22,094 nt of DNA. Source: Thermotogota bacterium (GTDB lineage: Bacteria > Thermotogota > Thermotogae > Petrotogales > Petrotogaceae). The position numbers were made by a program, and so were the translations under genes. The notes beneath the pieces are model-generated. The model was not told the origin of the DNA and did no database searches. It saw only the letters and a list, made by a program, of their open reading frames with translations. The stretch covers positions 1 through 22,094 of the forward strand of contig JBNJGY010000020.1 in NCBI GenBank assembly GCA_051748045.1. Reading direction: 5' to 3'. Within the stretch, counting starts at the first letter, position 1; each line of letters opens with the position of its first letter. Shown piece after piece: positions 9,692 through 16,221 of this stretch.

Positions 9692-10432
9692 TTACCTCCA
9701 TATTGCTGTAGCCATACCTGCTCCTAAAACAAGAGCTCCTAAAATAAAAATTGATTCAACTAATTTTGATATTCCAGAAACTAAATTTCTATCTCCTATT
9801 TCCATTATAGCATTAGTAAGCAATAATCCTGGTACGAAAACCATTATAGCACCAGCTAAAATAGGGTATGTTCTTATTTCTATAAATAAATTAAAAATTT
9901 GAATTAAAGAATAAATTGAAAATCCAGCGATAAAATCTCTTAATATTTTATTTTTCAAATTTATGGTTACATAATAGACAACAGTACCAACAATTCCTGA
10001 AACACAGGATTCTAGGAAGTTACCTTTAAACACAAATGAAAATGAAAAAGATGCGATAAAAACTGCTATAATTAAAAGTGAAAAAGAATGTATCATTTTT
10101 TTGTTAGCTTCTTTTATTTTTATTATTTCTTCTCGTATATAAATAAAAGGAGGTTTTTCTTTTAAAATCTTTTTTATTAAATTTTCCCATATTGATAGTT
10201 TTTCAAAGTCTATTGAAGTATAATTAATTCTCTCTATTCTGGTCAAGGATTTGCCTGTTCTATCAATTACTGTTATATAAAGAACTGTTCCTATAGAAGC
10301 AATTTGTACATCAAGCTCATATGTATTACCTATTTCTTGTATATATTTTTCAATTTCAGTTGCGTTAGAACCATAGTAATACAATTCTCTAGCTAGGTCC
10401 ATGAATGTGTCAACAATTCTTTCTAAATGCAA
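9692..10432 (-). CDS. Threonine/serine exporter family membrane protein (ThrE / YjjP-like)
   Basis: LYYYGSNATEIE, IDFEKL, then TM helices with IMVFVPGLLLTNAIMEI...NLVSG, typical of ThrE; TTG start after GGGGGG SD; paired with the ThrE_2 gene. Confidence 0.85.
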   Translation of the reverse strand: MHLERIVDTFMDLARELYYYGSNATEIEKYIQEIGNTYELDVQIASIGTVLYITVIDRTGKSLTRIERINYTSIDFEKLSIWENLIKKILKEKPPFIYIREEIIKIKEANKKMIHSFSLLIIAVFIASFSFSFVFKGNFLESCVSGIVGTVVYYVTINLKNKILRDFIAGFSIYSLIQIFNLFIEIRTYPILAGAIMVFVPGLLLTNAIMEIGDRNLVSGISKLVESIFILGALVLGAGMATAIWR

Positions 10433-10460
10433 TGTAATCCCCCCAAAAGGAAGTGTTTAT

Positions 10461-12389
10461 ATGAAAAGTTTTGCAAATAAAATTTCAAAATCTCTATATT
10501 TTAATTATTTAATATTTTCAACTATGATGGTTACAATTATTTTCATATCTACATATGGAATTATAAAACAAAATGTTCAAAATAATCTAAATATTCTTTT
10601 TAAAAACAAAGAAGATTTTATAAATAATTATTATGTTGATATGACAGATGAATTTTTTTCTTATATGACAGGAGAAAATACTATACTTGAAAAAGTAGAT
10701 TTTATTTATAATTTGGATAATTTAACTTTTTTAGAGTCATCAGAAAATCAAGAGAATTTAAAATTTTCTCACAAAAATCTTTCTCAAGATATTTTTAAAG
10801 GTGATTCTAACCAATTATACCTTATCAATTGGCAATATTTTGACACGAAAAGATATATATATGGTGTCAAACTTGAAAAATTAAATGAAATCATAAATTC
10901 AGAAAGCCAATTTGGTGATTATATTCCAATTATTAAACATAAAAATGATTATATAATACCTGATACAGTTATTTTTAAATCCAATCTTGAGAACATTTTA
11001 AGTGAATATCCTTCTACACTTTCTTTAGACAATGATTCTTATGAAATTTCACATAAAAATATAAGGGGTTTCGAATTTTTTATATTGTACAATTCAAATG
11101 TTTTGAATGAATTAAAAAATACTTTAGTTCTAATAGGTGCATTGTTTTTGGTTTTGGGTTTCTTGATTTCTAAGACAAACATTCAATATATAAAATCTCA
11201 AATAACAACACCAATTTCTTCAATTGTAACAGGGATTAAAAATATTAAAAATAATAAAACTTCGGAAATTATATATTCAGAAGATGATGAGTTTAAATTG
11301 ATAAAAGACGAGTTTAATTCATTATATAAAAACTTATCTAAAACAATTAATGAATTGGAAAATTCAGAAAAAAATTTAAAAAGAACCTCTGAATTTAAAA
11401 GTAATATTTTGAAGATCCTTTCTCACGAGATAAGAACACCAATGCATTCAATTATGGGTTTTTCTGAAATTTTGCAGATGAAAGTTGAAGACGAGGAAGA
11501 TAAAGAAAGTCTTAAAACTATAAAAAAATCTTCACAAGAAATATTAAATAAATTTGATAGATTGTTTGAAAGGTCAAAAATTGAATCAGAGTCAGACGAA
11601 ATTAAGTTAAAACTTACAAAGTTTAATTTATTAGACATAGTTTTTGAGGAATCTTCTAAATATGAATCTTTGTGTAGAAAGAAAGGGTTAAAGTTAAAAC
11701 TAAATGAAAACAACTTACATGATCTTGGGGATAATTTACTTGACTATAAAAAGGTTAAAAGAATATTTGAAGAAGTATTAGATAACGCATATAAGTTTAC
11801 AGATGAAGGTGAGATATATATCAATTTAGAAGATGGAATAGATGAGGTAGCTATAGAGATTAAAGACACTGGAACGGGAGTGAAGACAGAAAATATGGAT
11901 CTTATTTATGATAATTTCTTTCAAACTGGAAATTATCTGAACAGAAAAAAAGATGGTTTGGGGATAGGTTTGAGTATAGTTAAGAACTATGTTCAAATGC
12001 AAGGAGGAAAAATTTACTTACATCCTTTAGACGACGGGACATCTGTTAAAATAACTTTTCCAAAAGGGATAACAAAAGAAAAAATAAAAAACATGAATCT
12101 TAAAATAGATTTGAAAGAAATTTTAGCAAAAAAAAGTCAGCAGGAAAAATCAAAACTACTTGAAATTATTAATTCTACTTTCAATAAAATAATAAACTCT
12201 ACAACCGATCAAGAAATTTACCAAAACATTGTAGAACTTCAAAGTATATTCAGCGCAAATGAATTAAAGCAAAGTTTTATTGTCAATACAGAAATTTTGA
12301 ATACTTTGAAGGATAAAGATTTTAAAGATATTATTGGGTTGTATAAAGAGTTTAAAAATGCTTATGAGACAATACATTACTCTATTTGA
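10461..12389 (+). CDS. Membrane sensor histidine kinase (TM-sensor-TM-HAMP-HisKA-HATPase) with ~110-aa helical C-terminal extension
   Basis: H-box LSHEIRTPMHSI, N-box EVLDNAYKFT, G1 DTGTGV, F-box FFQ, G2 GLGIGLSIV; HAMP-like TPISSIV...DDEFKLIKDEFN. ATG at 10461 follows AAGGAAG (track start 10401 would overlap the ThrE gene). Confidence 0.92.
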   Translation: MKSFANKISKSLYFNYLIFSTMMVTIIFISTYGIIKQNVQNNLNILFKNKEDFINNYYVDMTDEFFSYMTGENTILEKVDFIYNLDNLTFLESSENQENLKFSHKNLSQDIFKGDSNQLYLINWQYFDTKRYIYGVKLEKLNEIINSESQFGDYIPIIKHKNDYIIPDTVIFKSNLENILSEYPSTLSLDNDSYEISHKNIRGFEFFILYNSNVLNELKNTLVLIGALFLVLGFLISKTNIQYIKSQITTPISSIVTGIKNIKNNKTSEIIYSEDDEFKLIKDEFNSLYKNLSKTINELENSEKNLKRTSEFKSNILKILSHEIRTPMHSIMGFSEILQMKVEDEEDKESLKTIKKSSQEILNKFDRLFERSKIESESDEIKLKLTKFNLLDIVFEESSKYESLCRKKGLKLKLNENNLHDLGDNLLDYKKVKRIFEEVLDNAYKFTDEGEIYINLEDGIDEVAIEIKDTGTGVKTENMDLIYDNFFQTGNYLNRKKDGLGIGLSIVKNYVQMQGGKIYLHPLDDGTSVKITFPKGITKEKIKNMNLKIDLKEILAKKSQQEKSKLLEIINSTFNKIINSTTDQEIYQNIVELQSIFSANELKQSFIVNTEILNTLKDKDFKDIIGLYKEFKNAYETIHYSI

Positions 12390-12475
12390 AAGACTAAGAT
12401 GCGTAGCATCGCACGGAGAGGTTTCTTCAGTAAATTTCACAAAGTGAAATTAAGCCTTTAAAAATTTACTGATGG

Positions 12476-12501
12476 GATGTCTCGACTTTGCTCGACATGA
12501 C
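12476..12501. repeat. REP-like palindromic repeat, copy 1 (reverse complement begins GTCAT, preceded by T)
   Basis: GATGTCTCGACTTTGCTCGACATGAC; ATGTC/GACAT stem; 16/26 identical to copy 2. Confidence 0.65.
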
Positions 12502-12564
12502 AGCTGTAACAGTTTACAAATCTTGTTTTTACCAATTAATTTGCTTTGTAAATTTATAAATTCA

Positions 12565-12590
12565 GACCCTTCGATGATGCTCAGGATGAC
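12565..12590. repeat. REP-like palindromic repeat, copy 2
   Basis: GACCCTTCGATGATGCTCAGGATGAC; same length and orientation as copy 1, with CCT/AGG replacing GTC/GAC in the stem. Confidence 0.65.
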
Positions 12591-12660
12591 CTTCGTTTCT
12601 ACTATTAATAAGTATTTTTTCAAATTTACTATAAATTAATATTAAATTTACCTTATTTTG

Positions 12661-12689
12661 TTGAATTAAAGTTTTTCTTTTGATATAAT
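12661..12689 (+). promoter_or_regulatory. Sigma70 promoter of tRNA-Asn
   Basis: TTGAAT-N17-TATAAT with extended TGn, ending 17 nt before the tRNA. Confidence 0.8.
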
Positions 12690-12706
12690 CTACTTCGGAT
12701 ATATAT

Positions 12707-12781
12707 TCCGGCTTAGCTCAGCGGTAGAGCGGGTGGCTGTTAACCACTAGGTCGGGAGTTCAAATCTCTCAGCCGGAGCCA
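12707..12781 (+). tRNA. tRNA-Asn (GTT)
   Basis: Acceptor stem TCCGGCT/AGCCGGA, D-arm GCTC/GAGC, anticodon loop CT-GTT-AA (GTT at 12739-12741), T-loop TTCAAAT, discriminator G, encoded CCA. Confidence 0.98.
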
Positions 12782-12813
12782 AAAAAAGAGTCTGCTTTTG
12801 CAGACTCTTTTTT
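12782..12813 (+). terminator. Intrinsic terminator after tRNA-Asn
   Basis: AAAAAAGAGTCTGC-TTTT-GCAGACTCTTTTTT perfect hairpin with T-tract. Confidence 0.9.
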
Positions 12814-12825
12814 ATATCAATTATA

Positions 12826-12834
12826 TGATATAAT
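12826..12834 (+). promoter_or_regulatory. Putative extended -10 promoter of the NYN gene
   Basis: TGaTATAAT just downstream of the tRNA terminator; no good -35. Confidence 0.55.
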
Positions 12835-12917
12835 TTTTTTGTGAGGATAATAAACTAATTTATTATCCAAAAAATCATTTCACAAAGAGGAGATGAAAAA
12901 AATAAGAAGGTGTAAAA

Positions 12918-14246
12918 ATGAATAATTTATTTGTGTTCATGGATTACCAGAATCAACCTGTTGATCCAGAATTAGTAACACAAAAGCTAAACGATTATGG
13001 GAAGTTAGTAGGCGGAAAAGCTTATGGTCATTGGTCTAAATTTCCTGCTACTATGTTTTCTTTTTCTAGGCATGGTATTGAGTTGATAGAGATGCCTGAA
13101 GATGGGTTTGGGAATAAGAAAGGAAATGACATTAAGCTTGCAGTAGATGCCATGGAAACAATGTTTTCATTGCCACATGTTGGAGCGTTTGTATTAGTTA
13201 CAGGAGATGCGGATTTCGTACCTCTTGTTAAGAAATTAAGGACTTATGGTAAGTCTGTTGTAGTAATTGGTAGAAGTAAGAATACTTCTCCCGATATGCA
13301 GTTGTCTGCGGACACTTATATACCTTATGAGGAAATTGTTAAGTCTGAAAAGATAAATTCCACTGATTCTTTTGATGATATAGTTGAAGAAATCATCAAA
13401 ATTATGGAAGAAAAGAACTTACAACCAGATGAAATAGTTATAAAAAGAATCATAACTGGTATGGGTATATATTATGGTTCATTTGGTTATAAAACAATGG
13501 GATCTTTTATAAAAGATATACAAAAAGAAGTTAAAAAGACTATATTAAAAGATGTTGAGTACTCAGAATACGAAGAAAACTACATGAGGTTTTTAGAAAG
13601 ATTAGTAGCTACCAGCGATTCAGCTATGGATGTTGAAAAACTTGCAAAAACTGCCAAGCAAAAACATCAGTGGATAGCGAAAAATTCAAGTAGTGAAACT
13701 CTAAATCATTTTATAATGCAAATGATAGATAACGGAAAACTAAGACAAAATAAAAAAGGATATTTATACGTACCAGCTCCGAGAAGATGGGAGATAAAAT
13801 ACGATAAAATATTACCTTATCCAGAATTAAGAGAGAAATTCACAAAACATGTTTACGATTTGTTTACAAAAGGGAAAGTCTCAACTATATCTGACGCATT
13901 ACACAGAGCTAAAGATGATTTGAATCTTACAAACAAGGTTATTGGATCCTTTGGTATAGCATTGAAATTTTCAGGGATGTTTTTGGGGCCAGATGGTTCT
14001 GATTATGTGAGTTTGAAAACTCCTGCAAAATTAAACGGAAGTTTTGATGAATTCAAGATATCACTTGATACGTTTTATGTGAAAAGGATTCTAAAAGACG
14101 AGGATATTCATGAAAATTCATTACCTGTAGTTTCTAAATATGTTTTTGATGAATCTACTCCAAATCCTGTTAAAAAAGTGCTAGATTATCTTGTTAGAAC
14201 AAAAGAAGTAAAATTAGAAAAACATTATTATAAATACTATAAATAA
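12918..14246 (+). CDS. NYN (LabA/DUF88, PIN-like) domain protein, putative ribonuclease, with ~300-aa C-terminal extension including a possible OST-HTH/LOTUS segment
   Basis: VFMDYQN, KKGNDIKLAVDAM and LVTGDADFVPLVKKLRTYGKSVVVIG contain the NYN acidic catalytic motifs; YGSFGYKTMGSFIKDI resembles the LOTUS YGF motif; AGAAGGTG SD. Confidence 0.88.
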   Translation: MNNLFVFMDYQNQPVDPELVTQKLNDYGKLVGGKAYGHWSKFPATMFSFSRHGIELIEMPEDGFGNKKGNDIKLAVDAMETMFSLPHVGAFVLVTGDADFVPLVKKLRTYGKSVVVIGRSKNTSPDMQLSADTYIPYEEIVKSEKINSTDSFDDIVEEIIKIMEEKNLQPDEIVIKRIITGMGIYYGSFGYKTMGSFIKDIQKEVKKTILKDVEYSEYEENYMRFLERLVATSDSAMDVEKLAKTAKQKHQWIAKNSSSETLNHFIMQMIDNGKLRQNKKGYLYVPAPRRWEIKYDKILPYPELREKFTKHVYDLFTKGKVSTISDALHRAKDDLNLTNKVIGSFGIALKFSGMFLGPDGSDYVSLKTPAKLNGSFDEFKISLDTFYVKRILKDEDIHENSLPVVSKYVFDESTPNPVKKVLDYLVRTKEVKLEKHYYKYYK

Positions 14247-14286
14247 AAAAATAACCGATGAGCTTTATGCTCATCGGTTATTTTTT
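14246..14286. terminator. Bidirectional intrinsic terminator between convergent genes
   Basis: AAAAAATAACCGATGAGC-TTTAT-GCTCATCGGTTATTTTTT, an 18-bp perfect stem including A/T tails. Confidence 0.92.
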
Positions 14287-14290
14287 AATG

Positions 14291-14953
14291 CTAGAATAAT
14301 GTATAAGTAACTGTTGGGGTTATAATTATATCCAAATAGAATTTACCTTGGCCTGGTGCTTTTGTCCAAGGTACGTTAAGGTTTGAGAAAACACCTAATT
14401 CTGGTCCGTACAAATTACCTGGAGGAGTCCATTGACCAAGTAACATAGTAACTTTATTTGTTCCTTCTCCTGCTAATGGGAATTCGGTTCCTGGTAACAA
14501 CAAATCTGGGTGTGTTCCTCCGTTAAATGACAAAAGACTATTTGTTTGTGCGTAGTTGTATGAATATAATTTCAATGCAGTTATTAATCCATTAAAATTA
14601 TTAGGACCTGGGTTATTATCTTTCTTAACTTCTACATCAACATCATAATTAGAAATTAAACCAATACCACCTAAGAAAATATCACTATAATTTCCATACA
14701 TTCCAAGATCTATTCCTGATGGCATTGCCCCTGTACTACCTATGGTCATTCCTCTGTCTGTGAACAATTGAGTTCTTGTTACCCATTTACCTGATATCCA
14801 TTGATGAACTTGGACATCTACATCACCTTTAAAAGTAAGAGTGTTACCAAAACCTACTGTGTGGAAACTTCCTGAAGGCCACTGATAATATGGTGCAGAT
14901 AAAACTAACAATCCAACTAACAATACAGCAAGAATTACCAACCCTTTTTTCAT
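14291..14953 (-). CDS. Secreted hypothetical protein, paralogue A
   Basis: Sec signal peptide MKKGLVILAVLLVGLLVLSA; strong SD TAAGGAGG; clear paralogy with 15181..15849. Confidence 0.9.
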   Translation of the reverse strand: MKKGLVILAVLLVGLLVLSAPYYQWPSGSFHTVGFGNTLTFKGDVDVQVHQWISGKWVTRTQLFTDRGMTIGSTGAMPSGIDLGMYGNYSDIFLGGIGLISNYDVDVEVKKDNNPGPNNFNGLITALKLYSYNYAQTNSLLSFNGGTHPDLLLPGTEFPLAGEGTNKVTMLLGQWTPPGNLYGPELGVFSNLNVPWTKAPGQGKFYLDIIITPTVTYTLF

Positions 14954-15014
14954 ACTAATCCCCTCCTTATCGAGATGTGTGAAAAAATTATAATCCTATA
15001 ATGTAAAAAAAAAT

Positions 15015-15041
15015 ACATATTTGATGTGTTATCAAATATGT
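15015..15041. promoter_or_regulatory. Inverted repeat upstream of paralogue A (candidate operator)
   Basis: ACATATTTGAT-GTGTT-ATCAAATATGT, 11-bp perfect arms; minus-strand TATAAT at 14992-14987. Confidence 0.5.
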
Positions 15042-15133
15042 TATTGTTTAGTTTTGGTTATAATATTAAGTAAATTTAATTCAAATTAATTAATCGCTAG
15101 ATTATTTTGTTATAAATGATAAATTGATAAAGT

Positions 15134-15162
15134 AAAACAGCAGGTCATTTTGACCTGCTGTT
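15134..15162 (-). terminator. Intrinsic terminator after paralogue B
   Basis: AACAGCAGGTCA-TTT-TGACCTGCTGTT 12-bp stem; short T-run on the minus strand; 18 nt past the stop. Confidence 0.8.
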
Positions 15163-15180
15163 GGTTAAAAAATTAAATTA

Positions 15181-15849
15181 TTAAAATGTTGAAAAAGTTA
15201 CCAAAGGTGTTATTGCTACATCTAAATAGAACTTTCCACCTTCTGGAGCTCTTGTCCAAGGTACGTTGAGATTTGAAAATACAGCCAATTCTGGCCCGAA
15301 ATTGTTCCAAGTTCCAATCATCATAGTTACTTCATCGTTTCCTTCTCCTGTTGGAGCGCTTGGTAACCAAAGATCTGGATGATCATTTTCATCAAAAACT
15401 AATAAACTATTATTTTTTGCAAAATTATAAGAATATAATTTTAAAGTTGATATAACATCGTTTAGATTATCGGAAAGACCGTTGTTATCTTTTTCAATTT
15501 TTACTTTTAAATCACCATTAGAAATCATACCAAGTCCACCAAGAAAAACGTTATTATAAACTCCGTATCTTCCAATATCAATTCCAGAAGGCATGCCTGA
15601 TTGATCTGAACCCTCTGCGTTACCTAACACCATGTCTCTGTCATTATATAGTTGAGATCTTGTTACCCATTTTGCTGATATCCATTGATGAATTTGAACA
15701 TCAACATCCCCTTTGAACTCGTTTACATTTCCATAGTCTGTAAAATTAAAACCATTACCTCCTGGATTACCTGGGTTCCAGTGGTAATAAGCAGACATAG
15801 CCAACAAACCTACTAATAAGACAACAAGAATTACTAACCCTTTTTTCAT
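15181..15849 (-). CDS. Secreted hypothetical protein, paralogue B
   Basis: Signal peptide MKKGLVILVVLLVGLLAMSA; SD AAGGGAGG; shares FKGDVDVQxHQWISxKWVTR, MPSGID, LKLYSYN, HPDL, GPEL, VFSNLNVPWT and GKFYLD with paralogue A. Confidence 0.9.
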   Translation of the reverse strand: MKKGLVILVVLLVGLLAMSAYYHWNPGNPGGNGFNFTDYGNVNEFKGDVDVQIHQWISAKWVTRSQLYNDRDMVLGNAEGSDQSGMPSGIDIGRYGVYNNVFLGGLGMISNGDLKVKIEKDNNGLSDNLNDVISTLKLYSYNFAKNNSLLVFDENDHPDLWLPSAPTGEGNDEVTMMIGTWNNFGPELAVFSNLNVPWTRAPEGGKFYLDVAITPLVTFSTF

Positions 15850-16221
15850 ATTTTATCCCTCCCTTAAGGAAAATGCGATTCTGGTTATATTTTATTCCAG
15901 CAATGTTAAAATAAATCATTCAAATATTACATTATGAGGAATATATAAATAAAAAACAAACAATAATAACTTGATATTTAACTATAATTAATTAATCATA
16001 TGATTATTAAAAAAAATAGAAAAACTGATTTATTATATTTAGTTTTATTTTATAATCTTAATAAATAAAATTTACTTTTTTATTAGATTTTTATCGTTTT
16101 GAATATATAAATATAGAAACTTTTCAACATATGATTAAAATATTTATTACTAATGTCAGTTTTATTTTTTATGAGTTTGTCGTTTAATTTAAATAAGAGT
16201 TTTTAAGTTGGGGGTGGAGAA

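Noticed and set aside
12390-12660. CRISPR array or known riboswitch in the kinase-tRNA spacer
   Set aside because: Only two divergent 26-nt units, no regular repeat-spacer period, no cas genes; lies 3' of a gene and matches no aptamer I recognise.
15997-16137. CATATGATTA occurring twice (15997-16006 and 16128-16137) in the divergent spacer
   Set aside because: A 10-mer repeat in extremely AT-rich DNA is too weak to report as a site on its own.
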